Part shown: piece after piece, positions 1 to 12,300 of the stretch | Layout of the letters: every line of letters starts with the position of its first letter | How positions within the stretch are numbered: the stretch's first letter is position 1 | DNA from: Callorhinchus milii | Lineage: Eukaryota | NCBI RefSeq assembly: GCF_018977255.1 | Contig: NW_024704743.1 | Location: forward strand, 93,994,001 to 94,058,000 | Length of the DNA: 64,000 nucleotides | Reading direction: 5' to 3' | Position numbers and translations under genes: made by a program | Notes under the pieces: generated by a model | Databases searched by the model: none | Told to the model about the DNA's origin: nothing | What the model saw: the letters and a program-made list of their open reading frames with translations, nothing else

Positions 1-274
1 TACTGGCTGCCCTCGAATAATTTGAATGCTGTAAGGCTATTTGACTGGGGAGAGCATACCACACATTTCACTTAATGCTGCTTGAACTCCTTCCCTATGA
101 ATAAGGCCAAGTTGCTGTTCAAGTGAATTAGGCCAAGTAATTCTGCCTGAAGCTCATGGAAATCAGGTTCGACCAAGCGGTCATATCATTCGGGCATTAG
201 GGGTTGATCCATGACATCCGTATATGTAAATGAAATTGATAGCTACAAACTAATGTTTATGTGCCTTTGTGCAG

Positions 275-374
275 GTACAGTTCAGCAGTGTTGTGACGCT
301 ATTGATCACCTGAATCGGATCATTAAACAGAAAGCTTCCGCACTGAACAAACCCATCAAAGGACGTGTGCCAAG
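275..374 (+). CDS. PRKDC: PRKDC exon (window exon 1)
   Basis: [20 protein letters not shown]...VPR; gcag|...|gtttgt. Confidence 0.93.
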
Positions 375-3300
375 GTTTGTGTTGTTGCCTTTATCCTAGA
401 ATTGGATTCCATTCATGTTATGAAAAGGCTGCTGAAGTTGCACAAATTATTCTGTTAGATGTTTATTCAATGTGTTTATAATAAAAGTTTGGTTGCATGC
501 AAGGTGCTGTGTATCAAGGTGCAGCATGCCTGAGAACTGTCAACCTGTGGCAAGTGCTCATTAAGCAATTGTTTTACAGGTTATGGACAAAGCGTGAGAG
601 ATAGTGAAAGAATCTGAGAGAGAAAGACTCAAGAGTGAGAGATAGCAATGTAGACATAGACAGGGAATAAGAAAGTCAGGGAAAGGAAGAAAAAAATACA
701 GAGTAGAGTTTGAGAGAAAGATACAAGAAAGAAATACACCAAGAGAAAGTCAGACAGAGAGTAGGTATTATTGTCACTGTATAACTCTTGATGGAAAGAA
801 ATTTGTTTGTATTGTAGCCAATTCTGTATGCTACATGATGTTCCATTATCTGCATTGTTAATATATCCACAATGGGCCAGACCAAGTGCAGGTAACTGTC
901 TACTCGATATAAATGCAAGTGGTTGTTATTGCTCCTCTAAGAGTGTAACAAAGGCACATTGTTGTACCAGTGTAGGAGTGTGCAGAACTGTGGTACAAGC
1001 TGTCATATGAATGATCTGATGCTTTGAAATAACCAGAAAGCTTTTTTTAACTACAAATGAGAGTACTGATGTTTCCTTTTATATAACTCCGTTTCTCACA
1101 GAGGTTTTCCTCCTGATCAGCCTGTGTCTTTAAAGGAGGTTGTGATGTGGCTATTGACTCAATGTGGACGACCCCAAACAGAGTGTCGACACAAATGTAT
1201 GGTACTATTTTACGAGCTGGTTCCCCTTCTACCAGGTTTGTTTTAATTCATTTTTAAGCTTATTTGGTCTTTTAATGATAAACGTGCGCTTACTTCCACT
1301 TAACAAAATACTCCAGAAATTACTCTTAGCAAATGTTTTTTTCTTTCCTAGCTCTTTAATAGTGTGATTATACTGTTCCCATGTCAACAATACTGCAGTG
1401 TGGAGCCTCTATCGTTTTCCGTTCCACATCGCCTTCAAATGGTACATGTGTAGAACAGCAAAATCATACCATTTCTTAAAAGAGTCATTAAAGAGCCACT
1501 CACGTTTTCCAAGTGGTTTCGGGAGAAGGATTCCACTTGAGTTCCAATGCTCTGTACAGCATTTTTCGATTACCTTGTCATAAATTGAACGAATGAGTTG
1601 TACCTGTGGTTAGGAACTGCTTATAACTGCTGTGAGTTCCTTTATTTAGGAAATAAGACACCGTCGTGTTGGTTAGCTGATGTTCTGAAGGAGAGAGGGG
1701 TTTCGTTCCTGATCGGCAAGTTTGAGAGTGCTGGTAGTGATCACGCCAAATGCTCAGGAATCATTTACCAGCCGACACTTAAAGATCTGCAAGAACCATT
1801 CAGTGTACGGGCTGCCCTGCAATGGATGGACATGTTACTGGCGGCTCTTGACTGTTATAATACGTTTGTAAGACTGGCCATGGTCAAACCCAGTGAACTT
1901 TTAGGTGAATATTCATTTGTGTGCACATATAGAAATTGTTCCTTTCGTTACAACTCCTTTGCTGGTCACAACAGTCCAATTAGAAGAGTTGCTATTGAAG
2001 ATTGCCGTTTATGTATTTATTTAACCAATTTATAACACCCTCCTTTAAACCAAGAATTTTCGCTTTGGGGCACAAATCTCTAATGAGACTTTTTATCAAA
2101 TGGATTTAGAAGATAAAAATAAACAATCTCCATCACATTACCATTATTTACGCATTCTCTTACATCCTCCGAATGTAAGACATCCTGCCATGTAGGGATC
2201 AATGCAAGTTGCTTAAACATCTGTAAACCTGTAAATTGATCCCACAACCTTAATAATAATCTGAGGTGAAAATCCTGCCAATAGAGGCTGCCATTTCTGC
2301 CTACAAAATACAGTCACTGCACATTATAGTAAAGCCTGTGAAGTAGCTTGAAATGTGCTTCCAATGTGAAAGGACCTTTATCAAATGTATAGCATAGTAT
2401 CAAGCCCATGAATTCTAGAATTATGACTCAGAACTGTTTTTAGAAATGAGAACAGCATTCGGTATTTTCTGATTATTTGATACTAGCCAAGAGTACAATG
2501 ACCCCCTTTTTACATCCCAGTCCCTCTACTAGCAGAATGGAAATACTATTGTGGTTTAACGTGGCAATCAACATTAAAACAAAATTGAATATATTTGATG
2601 TTTTTCTTCCCCTTACTCTATTGCTTGTATCCTTCGGAGCCCCACTTATTTAATTGATTGCCTACAATGTGCATATCCATAAATACCCAGCTGCAATCTC
2701 CCCCAGTTCACATGGCAACATTTCCCCCTTCCTTTGCAGGCACCAGCCAGGAAACTGGCTTCATGAAAGCTATGAATTTCTTCTTGAAAACCCTTGCAAG
2801 GCATGACATCACGGCGGCAGAGGAGTGCTTTACGTTGGGGGTAAAGGGTGTGCTCTTCAGCCCCAGAGAGAGGGAAGAGTACAATTACTGTAAATGTACA
2901 ATCATAGTCCGCATCATGGAGTTTGCCTGCCTGATCCTGGAGGGACTGCAACAAGATTGCTGGAAGGTTAGTTACTTGAACATTTGCTAAACGTTTTGTG
3001 TACCAAGGACCACCCCTTTGTTATTAGGCGATAGTACAACAACAACAACAACAAGATTCCATTTATAGAGCGCCTTTCATGTCGGGAGGACGTCCCAAAG
3101 CGCTGTACAGTTGGGTCAGGACCCGAGCAGGGGAGAAATGGTCAGGGTGAGGGGAGGGAAGGGAGGGAGCGAGGAGGGGGTAGAGAGTCGAGAGGGGAGC
3201 TGAAGGCACGGTCCAAGAGAAAGGTCTTGAGACCGGCCTTGAAGGAGGAAAGGGAGGAGGCGGCGAAGGCACTGGGGGATAGAGTTCCAGAGCCTCGGGG

Positions 3301-6300
3301 CTGAGAGGCTGAAAGCCCGGCCACCGATGTTAAGGCAGTTGGGGCGGGGGATGTGGAGCAGACCGGAGCCAGAGGAACAGAGGGTATGGGCAGGTAAGTA
3401 GGGGGATAGTAGATTAGAGAGGTAGGAGGGTGCGAGGCCGTGAATGGCCTTGTAGGTGAGGATGAGGATCTTGAATTCGATCCTCTGGGGGATGGGGAGC
3501 CAGTGGAGGCGAGCGAGGGTGGGAGTGATGTGGTCGCGGAGCCTGGTGCGGGACAGTACACGAGCTGCAGAGTTCTGAATGACCTGCAGCTTGTGGAGGG
3601 AGGTGCCAGGAAGGCCGGCGAGGAGAGAGTTCCCATAGTCCAGCCTTGAGGTGATAAAGGCGTGGACCAGAGTTTCAGCAGCGTGAGGGGTGAGGTAGTG
3701 CCGTAGTCTGGCGATGTTCCGGAGGTGATGGAAGGCGGTGCCAGTTGTGGAGCGGATATGAGGGAGAAAGGACAGCTCAGGGTCGAACAGAACGCCGAGG
3801 TTCCTGACTGGCTTTGAGAGGTGGAGAGTGCAGCCTTGGATGCTGATGCTGTCAGCGCCTGAGGTGCGGAGACGCTGACGTGAGCCTAAACCACTCAAGG
3901 ACAGGGCCTTGAAGGTTGAGGTGGGAGGACAAGCGGTGGAGGAGGATAGTGTGGTCGACCGTATTGAATGCTGTCGATAGGTCGAGGAGGACGAGGAGGC
4001 AGAGGGAGCCCTGGTCACAGATGGTCACGATGTCATTGGTGACCTTGACCAGGGCAGTTTCTGTGCTATGGGCAGCACGGAAACCCGACTGAAGGGGTTC
4101 GAATAATGAATGGGTGGAGAGGAAAGAGCGCAGCTGGGAGGCGACAACTCTTTCAAGGACCTTGGACAGGAAGGGGAGGTTGGAGATGGGCCGGTAGCTT
4201 GATAGCTGCGACGCATCAAGGGAGGGTTTTTTCAAGGTGGGAGTGATGGTGGCAGTTTTTAAGGGAATGGGAACAGAGCCAGAGGAGAGGGACAGGTTGA
4301 CGATGTCTGTGATATGTGGGGCAAGGAGGTGGAGCTGGGAGATAAGGAGTGGAGTGGGGATGGGGTCAAGGGAGCAGGTGGTGGGTTTCAGGGATAGGAT
4401 GAGTTTGGTGACAGAGGGTGGGGAAACGGGTACGAAAGTGTGTAGGGGAGGATGGGTAGGAGTCGGAGTGTGGGAGGGAGGGGTGGGGGTGGGTGGAGGT
4501 TGGAGGGGAAGTGACCGCGGAGCGGATTCCCTTGATTTTGGATTCAAGGAAATCCAGCATCTCCTCACAGTGAAGGTTGGAGGAGATGACCTGCGCGGGG
4601 TGGCGGGGGCGGAGGAGTCGGGATGTGGTAGAAAACAGAAGCCTGGGGTTGTTCTTCGCCTCCAGGATTATCCTGGAGTAGAAGGACGACTTGGCCGAGG
4701 CTAGAGTGGAGCGGTAGATTTTGAGGAGGTCCAGCCAGATTTGTCGGTGGACCGTTAGGCCAGATTTGAGGTAGGTGCGTTCAGCGGCCCGCACCTGGCT
4801 CTTCAGTGAGCGGAGGTGGGTGGTGAACCAGGGGGAGGAGCGAGAGTAGGAGACAGTGATGGGGGCAAGAGTGTCGAGTGTGGAGGAGAGGGTGTTGTGG
4901 AGGAGGGTGAGAGGAGAAGAGGGGTCAGTGAGGGTTGAAGGCCAGAGGGAGAGGAGTTCAGAGGACTCCAAGGCAGCGGTTAGGGATTGTGGGGGTAACT
5001 TCTTCCAGGGGCGGTAGAAGATGGTGGTGGGTCTGGTGGAGGTGGGGAGGGGGGTGGAGGTGGTGAAGGAGATGAAGTGGTGATCGGAGATGGCCTTGTC
5101 GGTGATAGTGACATCCGAGACACTGAGGCCCCGGGTGATCACCAAGTCGAGTGGGTGGCCGTGACTGTGAGTGGGGGAGTTGATGTGGAGGGAGAGGTTG
5201 AGCGAGGAGAGCAGGGAAGAGAAGTCCGAGGAGATGGAGCAGGAGGGGGTGAAGTGCAGGTTGAAGTCGCCCAGGATGATGAGGCGATCAGAGCAGAGGC
5301 AGAGAGATGCAAGAAGTGTCGAAATATCGGAGATGAAGGTGGGAGAGGTTTTAGGGGGCCGGTAGAGGAGGAGGATTTTGAGTGAGAGGAAGGAGGGGTG
5401 GGAGAGGGTGAGGTGCCCGAAATAAACAGAGTACAAATAAATAGTGCGAGTCTATTATTATTAATAACAATATTAACAATATTAAATATGTTTTATTATT
5501 AGTAACAGTAATATATTTGAAGGCGCCAAGACCCTCATCCATGCGTTCATTACATCCAGGCTCGACTATGCAAACTCACTGCTTGTCGGCCTCCCCAACT
5601 CCTCCCTCCAAAGACTGCAGATCATCCAGAACTCTCCAGCCAGTGTCCTCTCCCGCACCAGGCACCGCAACCCTATCACCCCCATCCTTGCCCAACTCCA
5701 CTGTCTTCCCATCACTCAGAGGATACAGTTCAAGGTCCTGGTCACCTTCATCTTCAAAGCCCTCCACGACTTTGCTCCTCCCTACCACTGTGATATCCTA
5801 ACCCCCTACCAACCTGTCTGCCTCTCCTCCTCCCTTGCCTCCTTCAAGACCTGTCTCAAGACCCGTCTCAAGACCCTCTTCGACCGTGACTTCGGACAAT
5901 CTCCTACCCCTACCCTCCCCGCTCCACCCCTTTTGATACCAACCACCAGCTCGGGTGTGGATCACTGACTGTCCAGCACCTTGGGACGTCTTCCTGACAT
6001 GAAAGCGCTATACAAATGTAATTTATTGTTCTTATTTAATAATTTTTATTGAATTTTACCTTTCTCCACTGTGGGCGAGCTTTAAGAAACACTGTGGAAT
6101 ACTTCATCCTGGAAACCTACCTCCCTCCCTCCCTACTTGTAAAGTCTGCCATATCTTTTCAACTACACTTTTGATCATTCTTTTCTTCCCCTTTCCTCCA
6201 CCATCCTCCTTGGCTCCCCACCCCACCCCCAAACTCGGGTGCCCAGCCAGCTTTGTGAAGCGCTTTGAGATGTTCTCCCAATGTGAAAAGTGGTGCATAA

Positions 6301-9300
6301 ATGTAAATTGTATTGTGTTGTATTTCAGGTGCTGGAGAAAGATTTACTAAACTCAGACCTGTTTGAGCTGATAGCAATGGTGGTGATTGATCCGACCAGT
6401 ATTGGGTTCAACATGGCAGACGTGCAGGTGATGAAGAATCTCCCTAACGTCTGTGTGAAGCTCCTGAATGCGGTGATGAAGTCGCCTTTCAAGGAAACGT
6501 TAGTTGACAGCGTGAGGAAAAGAATCACGGCACAGAGGTAAGAGAAGAGCAGTGGGGGAATACTAAACAAAACAGCACTGTCGGGGATAAACAGCACCGT
6601 AAGTTGTGGCATCACCACAACTTGCATTTATATGGCACCCTTCATGCCTGGTGGTGTCTCAGAGCATTTAAATAGTGCGTCCCTGGTAGTGTCTCAGAGC
6701 ACTTAAATAGTGCAATGTGAAGAGTATCCTCCAGGGAACAGTGACCCACAAGGAACAACCCGTGATCTTATTGGAGCTGAGTTCTCGCAAGTTGAAATGA
6801 GGATACAGGGTTTTTCTTGCAAGAAATTCATTTTGTTTTCTGAGGTTCTTTTTTCTGATGTTTGGTGCCATTTAACCAGTGGTCTTCCCTCCAAACAACA
6901 ACAACAAAATTATATTTGTGTAACATTTTCATCCCCCCCCCGCCGCCCCACACACCTCTTCACAGTTAAATATGGTGCAAACTTCATTCCAGATACACTC
7001 CAGCTGCTCAATCCATTCTGAAAACTGTAGTCATTTTAGCAGAGCATAGAAATGTACAGGATTGGAAAAGACTGTTGTCACCAAGGGCTTAAAATATAGT
7101 ATCAAAAAGTCAGTGTCCATAAACTAACATTTTATCTGTATCTCTCATTATAATGGTCCTGAAGAGGAAACAGAACAAATGCACTTCTTTTCCCTTTTTT
7201 TTTACTCTCTCTCTTCTCATTCTCCATCTTCCCTCTCTCCACCCAATCGAGAAAGTACACGAGATACACAGATGAGCACCCTGATCATCATATAGCTTCC
7301 TATGATATTACTGTGACAGATAACAACAGCGACAACAACAACTTGCACTTATATGGCACCCTCCACGTAGGGTAGCGTCTCAGAGCGCTTAAATAACTCA
7401 ATAAGGAGACAGATGAGCAATGTAAATTTTAAACAGTAGTGTATTATTTAGTGAGTGAAACATAGACGCTTTCTGCACAGGAGGACACTCAGCCCGTTGT
7501 GTCAGTGTAGCTGCTGCCTATATTTTCCACAACATTTATATAAAAAAACTGTTAATTCCAGTTTTCCATCCCTCTCCCCTTAACCCCTAATGTTTTTGCA
7601 GATCAGGTATTTGTTCCAGTCCCTTTTGAAGCAACTTGTGAGGGAAGAGATTGCATGAAGTGTCTATTGTGGGAAACAAATAATTTGTTATTTCTAATGT
7701 GAACTGTTTAATGTGTGTGGCAGCATTGAAGCTCTGTGCAATGTGGATCTATACAGTCCTGGTGCTCGGACAGACCATGCAGGATTAAGGTCCATCCTAT
7801 CGGCGTGTCAACAACTCCACAAGGCTGATCTTCTCAACTCTGCAATCGATTGTGAGGTACAAGGTCTCCAGTCCAGTGGGAATTATTCATCAATGCACTT
7901 GCAATCCCTGTTCAAAAATGCATTATCTAAAATGATTTCCAATGGGGCCTCAAGAAGAGGAACGCATTTTATTTCTGTTCTTAACCCGAACATTTTTGCT
8001 TAATATGTCACAATGTTCACCTGCATCGATAGTGTTTCCAGCAGTAAAGGTATCTATTTCCCCTTTCAAAAAGCTCCAGAATAGTCTGAAGGTCCAGCTC
8101 CCATTGCATAATAGAATGGTCATGCGCTGCTCCCCTTAACGTGCATCATTTCAGCAGTCGAGGCAACAGAGCGGTGGTTACCCTCCAGAATAGAAATGAG
8201 CTGCTAAAGGGAGAGAAACATTCAAAGGGGCTTTCTCTATGGGCTGTATTCCCCCGATTTAATGCAGACTATGCTATTATTGTGAGGAAAATCCTTGCTC
8301 CTCCAATTAATTCGCTTCTGGAAATAGTACAATAACTGTAGTAAATTCCCATGTCCAGAGGGAGTCATTTTTATTCAAAGTACTCCAACTAAGAAATAGA
8401 ATAAAATATCAACCAGTATTATAACTCTTTATTCATTACAGAGAAAGGATTGAATTGCAATGGCATTATGTCTAATGCAGATATTTCAAATAAGAAATTC
8501 TCGCTCTGGTCTTCAGTTCTTATTTGCAAATGATCTCACTCAGGAATATCTACCAAGTTTTATATACTTTCACCCACAAAATATACAGTCAATTCACTTT
8601 CCAGTGTATACTATGAAGCGCTTTGAGATGTCTCAAAAGATGTGATAAGGTGCTATATCAAATGCAAGGATGATTATTATTATTACTACAATCCAATTTG
8701 AAAGAAGTTTTTTTGTGTGTACTTTGGCACCTTGAATGCAAGGCTGGTAGCTCATCTGGTTCAAAGAAATTCTTTTTGATTTTGTTTTCTCCAGGCTGGA
8801 AGTCTTAGCTCATCGCTGAGCTTGAAGCTTTTATCAGTTGTCTACAAAGGAATTGCACCTGGTGACGAAAGAAAATCACTTCCATCAATTGATGTCAGCA
8901 GCAAGCAGTTGGCCGATGGTTTGCTACAGCTCTCCTTTTCCCTCGGCGGACAGGTCAGTGCTGTGTGATTTCTAAACATTAATGGGGAGAAATTCCCTCC
9001 AGATATTTCTATTTATCTATGTATTCTTATTTATGTAGCAATGCAGAGAGTCCATAATTTTGCAAATTATTGAATTCAGAATGAGCATTAAACTGTATTT
9101 AGGCACAGGCCTTGGTGATGAAGTGGTTGGAGTTGCATCTTATGGACTGGGAGCTCAGTGGTTTTAATCCCAGTTTGCTTGTCTCAGCCCAGATTGCAAA
9201 GGGAGGCTAAATTGGCCTCAGGCCCTCTCAAAAGGTATTGATGGAAATTGCAACAACATGGATAGAAAGTCAAAGAATAGTTATCAGTGAGTGGGAGTAC

Positions 9301-12300
9301 TACAACAACAAACACTTACATTTGTATAGTGTCTTTCATGTCGGAAAGTCATCCCAAGGCACTAGACAGTCAGGGATTTGGACCCGAGCAAGTGGTTGGG
9401 ATCGGGAGTGGGGTGTGGAGGTTAGGGAAGGTAGGGGTAGATAGGGGTAGGAGGGTGGACGATACGCAGTCGAAGAGGAGGATCTTGAGACGTGCTTTGA
9501 ACAACAACAACAAAATTACATTTGTGAAGCGCCTTTCACGTCGGGTGGAGGGGGTTGGAGGGTGGCTGAAGGCATGGTCAAAAAGGAGGGTCTTGAGTCG
9601 TGCCTTGAAAGAGGCAACAGAGGGAGCAAGGCAAGGGGATTGTGGGATGAGGTTCCCAAGAGTGGGGGCAGAGAGGCTGATAGCCCAGCCACCGATGGTA
9701 GGAAGGGTCGGGCAAGAGACCTGGAGCAGGCCGGAGCCTGCTTAGCAGAGGGAGCAGAGGGCAGGTTGATAGGGAGTCAGCAGCTCAGAGAGGTAGGAGG
9801 GGGCAAGGCCGTGGAGGGCCTTGAAAGTGAGGACGAGGATTTTGAATTCTATACTCAGAGGGATGGGGAGGCAAGAGAGGGAGCGAGGTGAAGAGATTGT
9901 GGGATGGAGTTCCAAAGGGTGGGGCAGAGAGGTTGAAGGCCCAACAGCCGAAGGTGTGGCGGCCGGGTAGGGGACTTGGAGAAGGCTAGAGCCCGCTGAG
10001 TGGAGGGAGCGGACAGGTTGATATGGTATGGAGATGGACAGATGAGATGGTCTGCTTTAATTATGCAACAATAGCAATTTAAGTTGTGACATATGTTTTA
10101 GTTTGAAAGCGTATTTTCTGTAATTTGGTTTTCAATATGAATGGAGTTGTGTGATTGCCTTCACTGAGTGCTGCAGTTAGAATGGTTTGAATCTGCTAAG
10201 TTGCTGTATTTCCTAATCCTTGTAGTGTGAGGAGCTGGTTTCTTTGCTGCTGAACACAATGGAGCTCTCTGTGCCTCTGTCAGGAGCAACCCAGAAAAAT
10301 TTCATCACCTTTTCCCACGGTGAATACTTCTACAGTTTGTTCTCGGAAACAATCAATGCTGAATTGCTGAAAAGTCTCAAGTCTGCAGTGACCCAACTGA
10401 TGAGATCTGCAAGCGAAAACCCTAAAATGGTGAGTGCTGCCCAGGTTATGTTTTGCGTAGAGAACCTATTTTTAAACATTTGTTGATTTATTGGTAAAAT
10501 TGTGAGTTGATACATAAGACTTTTTTTTTGTGCTTTCTACCAATTTTCTCCCTTCTCCTGTTTGTCTCAAGTTTTCTTTTGCACTTCTTGTCATCTTCGC
10601 AGACATAGGATCATTGTCTTGATACGTAAGACTGTGAAGGAGCTTTGGAAAACAGTCTCTGATTCACTGTTAACTTGGAAGCCGGTTTTCCGCAGTATCC
10701 AGAAAGAACTGCAAAAAATCGGGATACTTTAAAACATGTTCATGTAATGCCCTTTGTTGCAGGTGAGCACTGTTCTGAACGGAATGCTGGACCAGAGTTT
10801 CAGGGACCACACTGTGAGGAAGACCCAAGGCGTTCTCCTCGTCAGTGCTGTGCTCACAAACTGGACAAGACTTGAATCGTGGTGGTCAGAGAATTCGAGC
10901 GCTGAGAGCAAGATGGCTGTTCTGACACTCCTGTCTAAAGTGTTGCAGGTAACGCCACGCTGGGCATCAGCCTGCAAACCTGGTGAACAATCAAGACAGT
11001 GCACAGTTCTTCTATTTTAGTCAAAAAATTTAAGTGTGTGTGAAAAAGAGAGAATGTATGTGTTGAGGGGTGTGGGCATGGGGTGGGGGGAAGAGATCTT
11101 GCTTGCTTGCTCACTGGTTAGCGACTCAAGACTTCACCATTTCTCATCCTCTTAGGAATAAGACCATTGTCTTAAAATGTAAGATTGTGAAGGAATTTTA
11201 GAAAACAGTTGTTAATTCAGTCTTAATTTGCAAGCTGATTTTCCACAGTACCCAGAAAGAACTGTGAAAAATCAGGATACATTAAAATATCGCCATATAA
11301 TGCTCCTCGTTTTTATATGGACTATTACCCTGCACTATATAAATGGCTTCATTGAAGTGAATATAGTTTGAAAATTCTTATCATCAGATCACAGATTTGA
11401 TGGATTTAAAGTATCTACACTATTTATAGATACAGTTACTGTTCTGTGTGTGATTTATTTCAGATTGACTCTTCAGTCTCCTTTAGTTCCAATCATGAGG
11501 CATTTGCGATGGTATTCCACACTTACACCACTATACTGACAGACTCAACCCTGGCTTTAAATTTAAAGGTACCCTTTTAGCATTTCGTTTTGGGATAGCT
11601 CAAAAAATGTGCTGCATTAGATTGATTTTGTCCACCTGTATAATTTTGGTCTTTAACAGTTCTTTTATTTTGTTGGGGTGTAAAATTCTCTTATCAGAGT
11701 TGACTAGTTATCCAAAGTACAGTATCTTGAAAGTACAAAGTACCCGAATACCCAGGCTATTGAGTCAGTGACTAGTTATTTGGGGCTGACGACTTATCCC
11801 AGGGGAAAGGTATCAAAGTTTCACTATAATAAAATAAAATGAACACTGGAGATTTTTATGAAATGTGCATAAGTACTAGAAAGTATAGCACAACTAGCGT
11901 TTCTTTAATGAGACTGGTTTCTGTGACTTTATGTTTCACCGTGTTGACCAAAGGTATTGCTGGTTAATTTTTGATTGAAGGGTTCAGAACAATACTTTAG
12001 ATAAGACAGTAGAACAAGGGGACAATGTTTAGAGTTATAAAGGCCAATTTCAGGACAGATACTACAAAGTTTTTAATGAATTGTGTTTTTAAGTAATTAA
12101 TGACTGGAATAGGTTGTCAGGAAAGATGGTTGAGGTCACGACACAGGACTCATTTAAAAAGCAGCTTGATGCTGTGATGGGAGAATGAAAAGGTAGATAT
12201 TCTGGAGGGATAAGATCCAATGAGCCAAAGGGCCTTCTTCACCCAAACCAATCTTGTGAAATTATGCAACATCTTTTCTGCAGAGCCAAGCAATGATCAT

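Noticed and set aside
4237..5385. Plus-strand Gly/Glu/Arg-rich ORFs
   Set aside because: Antisense shadows of the C-rich L2 ORF2.
6645..6713. ~34-bp tandem duplication
   Set aside because: Local slippage inside a retroposon tail; not a CRISPR-like array.
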